Positions 9,912-18,308 of a DNA stretch of 64,000 nucleotides are shown here, piece after piece. The stretch is from Pelagibius sp. (lineage in GTDB: Bacteria > Pseudomonadota > Alphaproteobacteria > Kiloniellales > Kiloniellaceae): positions 139,598 through 203,597 of the forward strand of contig NZ_JANQKD010000023.1 of the NCBI RefSeq assembly GCF_028281305.1, in the 5' to 3' direction. The position numbers and the translations under genes were made by a program. Below the pieces are notes generated by a model. That model saw only the letters and a program-made list of their open reading frames with translations. It ran no database searches and was not told the origin of the DNA. Each line of letters opens with the position of its first letter. Positions within the stretch are counted from its first letter, which is position 1.

Positions 9912-11704
9912 TAGGCTTCCTCCCAGGACTTCGAGAGGCGCATGGCGGAGCTGATGAGCCCGACCATGGAATAGGTCTGGGGGAAGTTGCCCCAAAGCTC
10001 CCCGCTTTGCGGCGCGAGGTCTTCCGAGAGGAGGCCCATGGCGTTGCGCGCGGCGAGCATGGTCTCAAAGAGCGCGCGCGCTTCCTCGGTCCGCCCGACC
10101 GCTGCAAGCGCGTCGATGTACCAGAAGGTGCAGACATTGAAAGCGACCTCCGGCGAGCCGAAGTCATCCGGGGCAGCGTAGCGCTGAATGAACTGGCCGT
10201 GCTTCAGGTGCCGCTCTATCTGTTCGAGAGTGCCGAGGAAGCGAGGGTCGGTGGCCGGCAGAAACCCGATCTCCTGCAGGCAGAGAAGACTGGCGTCGAG
10301 GTCGCGGCCGCCGAAGGTCGAGACCAGGCTGCCCAACTCGTCGTTCCAGGCGTGGTCGAGGATCCCCTCACGAATGCTTTCGGCGGCGGCGGCCCAGTGG
10401 CTCTGGCGCTGCGGCATCTCCAGCTGTGCCGCGATCTTTGCCAGCCGGTCGCAGGCCGCCCAGCACATGACACTTGAGTAGGTGTGCACCTGCTGGCGGG
10501 TCCTGAGTTCCCACAGACCGGCGTCGGGCGCGTCCCAGAGCTTGATGGCCTGTTCGCCCAGACGCTCCAGCTTCTCGAAAAGGCTGATATCGCCGGGATG
10601 GTCCAGGCGCCGGTCGAAGAAACTCTGTGTTGAGGCGAGTATGACGCTGCCGTAGCCGTCATTTTGAATCTGCGTGTAGGCACTGTTGCCGATGCGCACC
10701 GGCCCCATGTTCCGGTACCCGGGCAGCGAGCCGCAGACCGACTCGTCAAGCTCGGCCAACTGAGAGATGCCGAAGACCGGTTGCAGGTGGCCGTCGGCGG
10801 CATTGGCGCCGACGTTGGAGGCCACGATGTTGGAGATGTAGTTGAGAAAGCCTTCCATCGTCTTGGTCGCGCCGAGACGGTTGAGCGCATGGACGACGAA
10901 GTAGGCGTCTCGGAGCCAGCAATAGCGATAGTCCCAGTTGCGGCCCGAGTCCGGCGCCTCCGGGATCGACGTGGTCATGGCGGCAATGATTGCGCCGGTT
11001 TCCTCGTAGCTGCAAAGCTTCAGGGTGATGGAGGCGCGAATCACCGCATCCTGCCATTCGAAGGGGAGGGCGAGGTAGCGGCACCACTCGCGCCAGTACT
11101 CGTCCGTTTTCTTGAAGAACTCCCGGCTTGTCTCGTCCACGGGTGCCGTGAGGCTCTCGTCGGGCCCCAGGATCAGAGTGACCGGGCGTTCGAGAATGAA
11201 AGGAGTCTGCTCCATGACATACGTGATCGGGCCATCTGTGGTCAGCCGCAAGGTGAGATGTGGCATGACGAAGCGCAGATGATTGCTGCCCCGCGTGACC
11301 TCAGGATCGCGCTCGCCATAGTCGTAGGTGGGGCTGATGCGAATACGGATCCGCGGGCTGCCGGAGAGAGGCCTGGCATGGCGGATGATCGACGGCGGTC
11401 GGTGAATGCGATCGAAGTGCTTGAAGCGCGGCGCGAAGTCGGTGATCTCGATGACGCCGTCGGCTGAGTCGTAAAGTCTGGTGACCACGACTGCCGAGTT
11501 CTCACGATAGTGCTGCTCGGAGCGTGCGAAGTCGAGGAGCTCGATTTCATAAACGCCTCGTGCGCTGTCGTTGCCGGCAACAAGGTTGGAGAACACCGGG
11601 TCGCTGTCGAAGCGCGGCATGCAGGCCCAGACGATGCGGGCCTTCTGATCCAACAAAGCGCCGAAGGTACAGTTTCCGATTACAGCAAGATCAAGCGTAT
11701 TCAC
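9908..11704 (-). CDS. Glycoside hydrolase family 15 (trehalase/glucoamylase-like)
   Basis: GAIIAAMTTSIPE, RNWDYRYCWLRDA, PDAGLWELR, LWGNFPQTYS. Confidence 0.95.
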   Translation of the reverse strand: MNTLDLAVIGNCTFGALLDQKARIVWACMPRFDSDPVFSNLVAGNDSARGVYEIELLDFARSEQHYRENSAVVVTRLYDSADGVIEITDFAPRFKHFDRIHRPPSIIRHARPLSGSPRIRIRISPTYDYGERDPEVTRGSNHLRFVMPHLTLRLTTDGPITYVMEQTPFILERPVTLILGPDESLTAPVDETSREFFKKTDEYWREWCRYLALPFEWQDAVIRASITLKLCSYEETGAIIAAMTTSIPEAPDSGRNWDYRYCWLRDAYFVVHALNRLGATKTMEGFLNYISNIVASNVGANAADGHLQPVFGISQLAELDESVCGSLPGYRNMGPVRIGNSAYTQIQNDGYGSVILASTQSFFDRRLDHPGDISLFEKLERLGEQAIKLWDAPDAGLWELRTRQQVHTYSSVMCWAACDRLAKIAAQLEMPQRQSHWAAAAESIREGILDHAWNDELGSLVSTFGGRDLDASLLCLQEIGFLPATDPRFLGTLEQIERHLKHGQFIQRYAAPDDFGSPEVAFNVCTFWYIDALAAVGRTEEARALFETMLAARNAMGLLSEDLAPQSGELWGNFPQTYSMVGLISSAMRLSKSWEEAY

Positions 11705-11710
11705 TTTGCG

Positions 11711-12532
11711 TCAGACCCGGGTCCTGTCAGCAGAGAACTTGGTAAGCCAGGCATGGACTGCCGCCTCGTCCTGCAGGCGGTACGTCGCCTTGGTAGCCTC
11801 GCCTGCGGCTCCCACTTTAACCGAAAGCCCGCCGAGGCGGTTCACTGCCTCGAAGCCGTCTTCGTCGGTGACATCGTCGCCGACGAAGACCGGCACGCGG
11901 CCGCGAAAAGGCGGTTCCTTCATAAAGGCCGCAACGGCGGTTCCTTTGTTCGCGCCCTTGGGCTTCACTTCCAGGACCATCTTTCCGTGTTGCAGTTCGA
12001 GCGCTGCGCCGCTGTTGCGCAGCAAAGTCGCCACCATACGCTCGGCCTCGTCTTCAAGTTCCGGCGCCTGACGAAAGTGGAGCGCCATTGCGAGTCCCTT
12101 GTCTTCGAGCAGCAATCCCGGGTGAGACTCCGCGAAATCGGCGAGGGGTTGCCGCAGAGGCTTTAGCACATCCTCCTGGCCTCCGGTAGCTGTGTCGCCC
12201 GCTGACTTGCGGCGCTCCAACCCGTGAACGCCAGCGGCGCTGAGGCGCAGTGGCGAAAAGAGGGCGTCCAGCTCGCCGACGCACCGCCCGCTCACAAGAG
12301 CCAAGGCACCTTCCAGCCGGTTCTGTATGTCTGCCAACAAAGACAACAGAAACGGGGGAACGCGAACGTCCTGTGGGCGTGGTGCAATCGGCAGCAGAGT
12401 CCCGTCGACATCGAGAAACAGCGCGCAGGATTCGGCCGGCAAAGATTCACTCGGGTTCAATGCTTCGCCCGTGTTCGATTTCAGTGTGACTGATGCGGAA
12501 TCCATATCGGAATGCTTGTCTGTGGCCCCCAC
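11711..12532 (-). CDS. otsB: Trehalose-6-phosphate phosphatase
   Basis: LFLDVDGTL HAD motif I, LVSGR, GVHGLERR, PVFVGDDVTDEDGF. Confidence 0.95.
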   Translation of the reverse strand: MGATDKHSDMDSASVTLKSNTGEALNPSESLPAESCALFLDVDGTLLPIAPRPQDVRVPPFLLSLLADIQNRLEGALALVSGRCVGELDALFSPLRLSAAGVHGLERRKSAGDTATGGQEDVLKPLRQPLADFAESHPGLLLEDKGLAMALHFRQAPELEDEAERMVATLLRNSGAALELQHGKMVLEVKPKGANKGTAVAAFMKEPPFRGRVPVFVGDDVTDEDGFEAVNRLGGLSVKVGAAGEATKATYRLQDEAAVHAWLTKFSADRTRV

Positions 12533-12765
12533 TCCCTAGAGGTGCCGCATTGCCCGGCAACGTCAAGCGTCAATGGCGGTGCGGCATAAGGCGAATGGGT
12601 AGGCCTATGCAGCCTGCGGCCTCGCGCCAGCCGATGCCCGGGGTTTGTGCGGAATTCGCAACAGTCGTTTCTCGCGCTACCAAAATGACGAAGAGCAGAA
12701 CGGGGAGGATCGCGCTCCGGTTGGATTCAATGCCGGGAAAAAGGCGGTTACCGCAACACTGCAGG

Positions 12766-13383
12766 CTAAGGGCGCGGCCTGAGCTTTACCCAGGTCACGG
12801 GTGCGATCCACTCGACAGGCACGTTGTGCTCGATCGGGGTGGCGGCATTGACGGAGACGAGGGTCACCTCGCCCTTCTTGCTGCCCGGCTCGACAATCTT
12901 GACGAGCTGGCGGCCGTCCTTGGTCTGGACAACGCATTCGCGCCCATAGCAGTTTGCGAGATCCAGCCCTTCTTCGCGGGTGTAGCCCAGATGTTCACCG
13001 TCCTTGAAGCGCGGGGCCATGGAGTTGCCGCGCACGACCACGCAAACTCCGCCGCCTTCGCCGTGAGGCGCGTCGATCTTATAGAGGCCGCTGCCTTTGG
13101 CGTGATCGTCGATCGACATGACCGTCTCTCCGGCGCCGACGTAGCCGACCACCAGGCTCGAAGCCTTGATGCTGCCGGCAATGGGGGCACCGAGTTTGAT
13201 CATCAGGTCGTCCAGGGGGGTCTCAAGGTAGTCGGCAATCTCGACCGCCTCCTCGATCTTGATGCTGCGGCTTTGATTGAGGATCTCGGTGATTCGGGAG
13301 GGGTCTAAGCCCATGTGCCTTGCCAGGCCTCGCTGGGTCTTCCCGAGCTGGCGCAGGCGTTGCTGGAACCATTGCTTCTGCAT
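12766..13383 (-). CDS. XRE HTH + S24 peptidase (LexA/CI-like) repressor
   Basis: N-terminal HTH (TQRGLARHMGLDPSRITEIL), A-G site VGAG, catalytic VRGNSMAP (Ser) and LVKIV (Lys). Confidence 0.9.
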   Translation of the reverse strand: MQKQWFQQRLRQLGKTQRGLARHMGLDPSRITEILNQSRSIKIEEAVEIADYLETPLDDLMIKLGAPIAGSIKASSLVVGYVGAGETVMSIDDHAKGSGLYKIDAPHGEGGGVCVVVRGNSMAPRFKDGEHLGYTREEGLDLANCYGRECVVQTKDGRQLVKIVEPGSKKGEVTLVSVNAATPIEHNVPVEWIAPVTWVKLRPRP

Positions 13384-13392
13384 CTGGATAAA

Positions 13393-13465
13393 TTGCGAAA
13401 TTTGCTACGATCTGTCTATTGCAATTTTCGCAACACTCACCTACATTGAGTTGCGAATTACGGAA
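13393..13465. promoter_or_regulatory. Three imperfect TTGC-N7-GCAA palindromes, putative operators of the S24 repressor
   Basis: TTGCGAAATTTGCTA (13393), TTGCAATTTTCGCAA (13419) and TTGCGAATTACGGAA (13451) in the 81-bp divergent intergenic gap. Confidence 0.6.
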
Positions 13466-14061
13466 TGTATTCTAGGGAGAAAGCAGTGGCGGAAGCAACA
13501 GGGTCCTTGTCGGAGAGAGCCGGAAAGACACGTCGCGCTGCGCAGCCCGGGTCGCCGCGGGAGGGGCGGAGAGTGCAGGCCGCGACCGTGCGCCGGGCGA
13601 TCAAAGACCTCTTGCGGCGGTGTGCACCCAACGACTGGACCGTCCGAATGCTGCCGGCACCGGCATCCGGCGACGTGGCCGGCCAAGGGGTCGACCAGGC
13701 GTTCGACCAGGGAACGGGTCGGGGGCGACAGCCCGACATCGTGCTCATTTCTCCCGCGGGGCGATGCTACTTCCTGTTCGTGAAGGCGCCGCATGACCGC
13801 TGGTGGGACGGTGACCTCAGGCGCGTGGATGCGGAGAAGGTGACCGAAGACGAACGCAGTCTGATGATAACCCTGAAGCGGGCGGGAAACGGGGCCCGCG
13901 CGGTGTGGAGTACGGAAGACGCCAAGCGCGCATTGGCGGCCTGGGGCTGCAGGCTGACTCCGGACCGCCAGCCCGCGCAACCGTCGGCCGGCGGTCGGCA
14001 GGCAGCCGGGCCAGCCCAGTCCGCAAAGCGGCCGACGCTTCGTTTCTGGCGGGGCGCCTGA
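13465..14061 (+). CDS. VRR-NUC-like (PD-(D/E)xK fold) protein, catalytic Glu apparently replaced
   Basis: QPDIVLISPAGRCYFLFVK and C-terminal LKRAGNGARAVWSTEDAKRALAAWG resemble VRR-NUC; F sits where E of ExK is expected. Confidence 0.55.
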   Translation: MYSREKAVAEATGSLSERAGKTRRAAQPGSPREGRRVQAATVRRAIKDLLRRCAPNDWTVRMLPAPASGDVAGQGVDQAFDQGTGRGRQPDIVLISPAGRCYFLFVKAPHDRWWDGDLRRVDAEKVTEDERSLMITLKRAGNGARAVWSTEDAKRALAAWGCRLTPDRQPAQPSAGGRQAAGPAQSAKRPTLRFWRGA

Positions 14062-14062
14062 G

Positions 14063-14617
14063 ATGGCCGTTCGCGAGTCAGCAAAGCGTTCCCAAGGTGT
14101 TTCTCCAAAGGTTCTGGCGCGGACCAGGTCGGTCCTGGCACACGGGCGCGCGCTCGCCAGATCCGCCGGGCGCGAGACCCCAGATCTTCGGGACGCGATC
14201 TGGGAACTGCTGATGGAGGCGGCGGACACGCTTTCGCGCCTGCCGAACCGCGAGCGCGGCTGGCTGACGGCGGCGAGCCGTGCACATTGGCCAGATGTCG
14301 TTCGGCAATACGAGGAGAGCTTTCAGGACGGGCGCTCGCCGTCGTCGGCAACGACGCTTCGGCGCAGCCCGGCCAGTGCCGAGGCTATCGACCGCATGGA
14401 CACCGTGCTTGCGTGGCTGCCTCTGGCCGGCGGCAGCAATCCGCGGCGGGATCTCGCGGTTCTCTTCGGTCTCGCCTGCGGAGCGAAGGTCGCCGCGTTA
14501 CGCCGGCGCTTCGGATGCGGCCGACGCACGATCTACGACATCCGCGACCGGGCTTTGAAGCGTCTTTGCGCGCATGTGTCTTCGGACCTGAGGCTGGAAG
14601 CGGATGCCGAAGGCTAG
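14063..14617 (+). CDS. DUF6362-like protein with C-terminal HTH (phage-type transcription regulator)
   Basis: LMEAADTLSRLP...HWPDVVR...AIDRMDTVLAWL and C-terminal RFGCGRRTIYDIRDRAL HTH. Confidence 0.6.
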   Translation: MAVRESAKRSQGVSPKVLARTRSVLAHGRALARSAGRETPDLRDAIWELLMEAADTLSRLPNRERGWLTAASRAHWPDVVRQYEESFQDGRSPSSATTLRRSPASAEAIDRMDTVLAWLPLAGGSNPRRDLAVLFGLACGAKVAALRRRFGCGRRTIYDIRDRALKRLCAHVSSDLRLEADAEG

Positions 14618-14680
14618 TCGCTTCCCTTCCATAAGCGGCACTGCCAAGCAGGCGACCGTGCATTCAACCGATGAAGGGAC

Positions 14681-15004
14681 TCAGTTGGTGAGGGATTGGC
14701 GCGGCACGTAGTGGCCGTCTTCAAAGCCAGTAAAGAGGTCATCGACCTGCGGATGGGATACCGCATCGCCGCTTTCGTCGATCACGAGGTTCTGTTCCGA
14801 TACATAGGCGATGTAGGACGTTTCCGAGTTCTCGGCGAGCAGGTGATAGAAGGGCTGATCCTTGCGCGGCCGGATGTCCTCGGGGATCGCCTCCCACCAC
14901 TCCTCAGTGTTGGAAAACGTCGGGTCGACGTCGAAGATCACGCCGCGGAAGGGAAAGAAGCGATGCTTCACGATTTGACCGATTTGAAACTTCGCCGTTC
15001 TCAT
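14681..15004 (-). CDS. hspQ: Heat shock protein HspQ
   Basis: AKFQIGQIVKHRFFPFRGVIFDVDP, PRKDQPFYHLLAEN, YVSEQNL. Confidence 0.96.
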   Translation of the reverse strand: MRTAKFQIGQIVKHRFFPFRGVIFDVDPTFSNTEEWWEAIPEDIRPRKDQPFYHLLAENSETSYIAYVSEQNLVIDESGDAVSHPQVDDLFTGFEDGHYVPRQSLTN

Positions 15005-15305
15005 CGTCTGCCTGCCGCCGGAGCGGCCCTGTAGGTTTTTAATGTCCCTTAGTCATATGCGGTCTTGAACGGACGAGACAAGGGAACAGTGGTGCGCAGG
15101 CGGATCAGAGGTTGGACGCCAGATCGATGAATCGCTTCGAATTTAGCACAGTTCCGATCTTGTCTTTTTCTTAGATCGAACTGGAAGAAAGCATTGTAAT
15201 TTATTGTAATTACTAAATAAACAATTCGAGCCAAATTGGCTGAATCATGACAGACTCTCTGGCTGGCTGCGGCGGCGCCAAGGTGCCTCGGGGAGCCTTT
15301 TTCAC

Positions 15306-15320
15306 TTAAGGGTTTGTTAA
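15306..15320. promoter_or_regulatory. CtrA-binding site (TTAA-N7-TTAA)
   Basis: Exact TTAAGGGTTTGTTAA upstream of the TadE-like genes; Tad pilus genes are known CtrA targets in Alphaproteobacteria. Confidence 0.7.
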
Positions 15321-15404
15321 GCGGATCACGGTCGAATCCTTATTCAGGAGGATCAGGACTCGCGGGCGCCAAGGCGTCGGCGTGCCTCCCTTGAGAGGAT
15401 TGCG

Positions 15405-16004
15405 ATGCGTGCGAAAGCAAAGAATGGTCAAGGGGAGTGGCCGGGAGATGGCTGTCGAAGCCGTGCTTCCAGGCGGTCCCTGTTGAAGCGTGCGGCGAGC
15501 GCCGTGGGGCTGCTGCGCGATGAACGCGGCAGTGCGGTGATCGAGTTCGCCTTTGTCGCGCCGCCCTTCGTGTTTCTTCTGACCGGGATGCTGGAAGTCT
15601 CCGTCATGTTCTTCACCAGCAGCGTGATGGAGGGGGCGACCACGGAAGCAGCGCGAGCGATCCGCACCGGTCAGGTCCAAAGCGAGGCGGACCCGGTCAC
15701 GGCATTCCGCGAAAGGCTTTGCGACTCGCTGTATCACGTCATCGACTGCAACGAGGTGATGTTCAACGTCCGTACCTTCTCCGACTTCGGAGCCGTGTCC
15801 ATGCCGATCGAAGTCGACGACGACGGTGAGATCGTCAACAACGGTTTCGCCCCCGGCGGCAGCGGAGCGGTGACCGTTGTCCGTGCCATTTACCGCTGGG
15901 ATTTCATGACGCCGCTGATCGAGCAGGTGTTGCCGGGCGGGGACGCAGGCAACCTGCTCATCTCGACCGTTGCTTTCCAGAACGAACCCTATGATGTGAA
16001 CTGA
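15405..16004 (+). CDS. TadE/TadG family pseudopilin
   Basis: RDERGSAVIEFAFVAPPF prepilin cleavage motif followed by a hydrophobic helix; AARAIRTG. Confidence 0.88.
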   Translation: MRAKAKNGQGEWPGDGCRSRASRRSLLKRAASAVGLLRDERGSAVIEFAFVAPPFVFLLTGMLEVSVMFFTSSVMEGATTEAARAIRTGQVQSEADPVTAFRERLCDSLYHVIDCNEVMFNVRTFSDFGAVSMPIEVDDDGEIVNNGFAPGGSGAVTVVRAIYRWDFMTPLIEQVLPGGDAGNLLISTVAFQNEPYDVN

Positions 16005-16540
16005 TGCTGAGCCTGGCGCGCAGATTCGCCGCCGATCGACGCGGCAACGCAACAATAGACTTCGCGGTTCTGTTGCCGGTGATGCTGATGCTGCTGATCG
16101 GCGTGGTCGAGTTCACCAACATGCTGCGGCTCGACAGGAAGGTGGTCTCCGCGGCGCAGACCACGGCCGACCTCATTACGCAGAAGCGCATTGTGACAGA
16201 CGGCGAGATCACCGACATTCTTCGGGCTGCCGAACTGGTCGTAGAGCCTTTCCCGTCAGCGCCCCTGGCCCTCGGCATTACTGCGATCCGGTTCGACGAA
16301 GACACCGGCGCGCCGGAAATGGACTGGCAGGAAAGCCGCAACGGCGGTTCGGTGCCCAATGCGCTCACGCTGGCGCAAAACATGGGTCCGCCGGGGGAAG
16401 GCGTGGTGATCGTCCGGGCGACCTATGATTACACCCCTATCTTTCTCGGGTTCGTTGTCGGGCAGACCGAAATCGAGGAGGTCTCGATCATGCGCCCCCG
16501 GCGCAGCGCCTTCGTCGAAGGGCCGACTCCGCCCTCCTAA
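16004..16540 (+). CDS. TadE/TadG family pseudopilin
   Basis: ADRRGNATIDFAVLLPVMLMLLIG prepilin-like motif; translationally coupled to the upstream gene. Confidence 0.85.
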   Translation: MLSLARRFAADRRGNATIDFAVLLPVMLMLLIGVVEFTNMLRLDRKVVSAAQTTADLITQKRIVTDGEITDILRAAELVVEPFPSAPLALGITAIRFDEDTGAPEMDWQESRNGGSVPNALTLAQNMGPPGEGVVIVRATYDYTPIFLGFVVGQTEIEEVSIMRPRRSAFVEGPTPPS

Positions 16541-16675
16541 CCCCGGCATCCCGGAAAGGATCGTCCTCGCCGCCACGCGCCGCCGGCGAAGCTGCTGATC
16601 CGGCAGGCGGTCTGCGGCGGCTGTGTGCCGGCCCGGCAGGACATCCAGCTCCGGTTTCGCAAGCGGTCAAAAAAA

Positions 16676-16690
16676 TTGCGAATTCAGCAA
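16676..16690. promoter_or_regulatory. Fourth TTGC-N7-GCAA palindrome matching the 13.4 kb operators
   Basis: TTGCGAATTCAGCAA in an A/T-tract-flanked intergenic region. Confidence 0.4.
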
Positions 16691-16778
16691 TTTTTTCGTT
16701 GCACAGTCCTGCTAAGGGCGCGTCGATGTCTGGCTAGGAGACTGATGTTGTTACGGTTTCCGCACCACGCCAGACCCC

Positions 16779-16800
16779 ACTGTGTCAGCTTTGTGCCAGC
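16779..16800 (+). repeat. 22-bp direct repeat, left copy (candidate attL or integrase arm site)
   Basis: ACTGTGTCAGCTTTGTGCCAGC; 21/22 identical to 58971-58992. Confidence 0.7.
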
Positions 16801-16889
16801 AAGCGCTCTCTCGGGCCCGGCCTGCCGGGTCCGACCAACCTCAAGGCCCCCGTCGCGCCGCGCCGTGAGGGCGCAGGAGAGGGGGGCAC

Positions 16890-16991
16890 CTAGGCCGCGG
16901 CCTTCTCGGGGACGAACCGCGCCCGCCCGTCGCGCTTGGTCGAGAGAAACAAGATCAGACCCAGGACCAACAGTGCTCTTACGTCTCTCAT
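16890..16991 (-). CDS. Candidate 33-aa hydrophobic peptide (type I toxin-like)
   Basis: MRDVRALLVLGLILFLSTKRDGRARFVPEKAAA*; GGAGG 8 nt upstream of ATG; flanked by GC hairpins; not in the ORF track. Confidence 0.45.
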   Translation of the reverse strand: MRDVRALLVLGLILFLSTKRDGRARFVPEKAAA

Positions 16992-17125
16992 AGTGTTTGC
17001 CTCCGTTTTGAAGCATTACGGCGGACCGGTGGGTCTGGTTCACCGCCGCCTTACTTCTGACACGGATCAAACCAAGTTCGGATCCACGCCGTATAAGAGG
17101 CATTGGAGACGATCGGGTCGATACG

Positions 17126-17779
17126 ATGCGAAAGGCGATGAAGGTGCTGGGCTTCGTGGTTCTGGGCGGTGTGGGTCTGGCGGCTGTCGCCGCTGGCGCC
17201 TGGTGGTACTACACCAACAACGTCGAGCAGCCGAAGTACGCGGTCGTAACACAGGACGGCGCCATCGAAGTGCGCGACTACCCGGCGCTCGTCGTGGCCG
17301 AAGTGCTGCGCCGCGGAGACCGCGGGGCCGCCGTACGCGCCGGCTTTTCTCCCCTGGCCAATTACATCTTCGCCAAGGAACGGGAGGGCCAGTCGATCGC
17401 CATGACCGCGCCGGTGACCCAATCCCGCGAAAAGATTGCCATGACGGCCCCGGTTACGCAGGCGCGCACCGGTGAGGGAGATACCTGGGTCGTGCGCTTC
17501 ATCATGCCCTCCGAGTACGCCCTGGAGGATCTGCCACTGCCGGCCTCTGCGGATGTCAGTCTGAAGCCGCTCCCGCCGGCCCGCCGGGCCGCGATCCGCT
17601 TTTCCGGCGTCGCGACCGATGCGCTGATTGCCGAGCAGGAGGCCAGGCTTCTGGCCTGGCTGGAGCAACAAGGCCTGACTCCCCAGGGCAGCCCGACCTA
17701 CGCCTATTACAACGATCCCTTCACGCCCGGCCCCTTGCGCCGCAATGAGGTGATGGTGGAACTCAGCACCGAAGGCTAA
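17126..17779 (+). CDS. SOUL heme-binding protein
   Basis: VEQPKYAVV, IEVRDYP, GFSPLANYIF, IAMTAPVTQ twice, FIMPSEY, YNDPFTPGPLRRNEV. Confidence 0.93.
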   Translation: MRKAMKVLGFVVLGGVGLAAVAAGAWWYYTNNVEQPKYAVVTQDGAIEVRDYPALVVAEVLRRGDRGAAVRAGFSPLANYIFAKEREGQSIAMTAPVTQSREKIAMTAPVTQARTGEGDTWVVRFIMPSEYALEDLPLPASADVSLKPLPPARRAAIRFSGVATDALIAEQEARLLAWLEQQGLTPQGSPTYAYYNDPFTPGPLRRNEVMVELSTEG

Positions 17780-17783
17780 AGCT

Positions 17784-18284
17784 TCAGGGCTCCGCGCGCT
17801 CGCGGGCGAATCGTGCCTTGGCCTTCAGGTAACGGGCAAACAGGACAATCAGGGCCACGGGCAGCAGGGCCATGAGGGCGATGACCGCCAGCACCCAGAA
17901 CAGGAACCACAACGGTGGGAACTCGGCGACCGCGGAACTGGTGAGCGCCTCGGTTCCCGTGAATACCCAGGCAGCGCTGAAGAAGCCCAAGACGGCCAGC
18001 AGTCCCAGGCCGGCATAGAAGCCCGTGCCGGGCTCCGCCGGGCAGAGGGTCAAATCCAGCCCGATCAGCCCATAGGCCAAGACCATGCCCACGCCGAGGA
18101 CGGCAATCTTCCGCAATAGGGCGCTATGTTCCTGCACGAACTCGGTCCAGTGTTTTGCAGCGAGAGCTAGCGGTACGTCGAATTGGATCCGCTGCCCGTT
18201 CAATTCGGCCCGCTGCTGCTTATCTCTCGCAGTATCGTAGCTCTTTTTTCGCTCAAAAGTTGACATGAGCCTGTGACCGGACAA
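17784..18284 (-). CDS. Hypothetical membrane protein (3 TM)
   Basis: Three long hydrophobic segments; fills the gap between two convergent genes. Confidence 0.6.
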   Translation of the reverse strand: MSGHRLMSTFERKKSYDTARDKQQRAELNGQRIQFDVPLALAAKHWTEFVQEHSALLRKIAVLGVGMVLAYGLIGLDLTLCPAEPGTGFYAGLGLLAVLGFFSAAWVFTGTEALTSSAVAEFPPLWFLFWVLAVIALMALLPVALIVLFARYLKAKARFARERAEP

Positions 18285-18308
18285 CCATGCGGCTCAAGGC
18301 TAGAGTGA

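Noticed and set aside
16800-16960. Known ncRNA (6S, SRP, tmRNA, riboswitch)
   Set aside because: GC hairpins are present but I could not match any family's conserved motifs; an Infernal/Rfam search is needed
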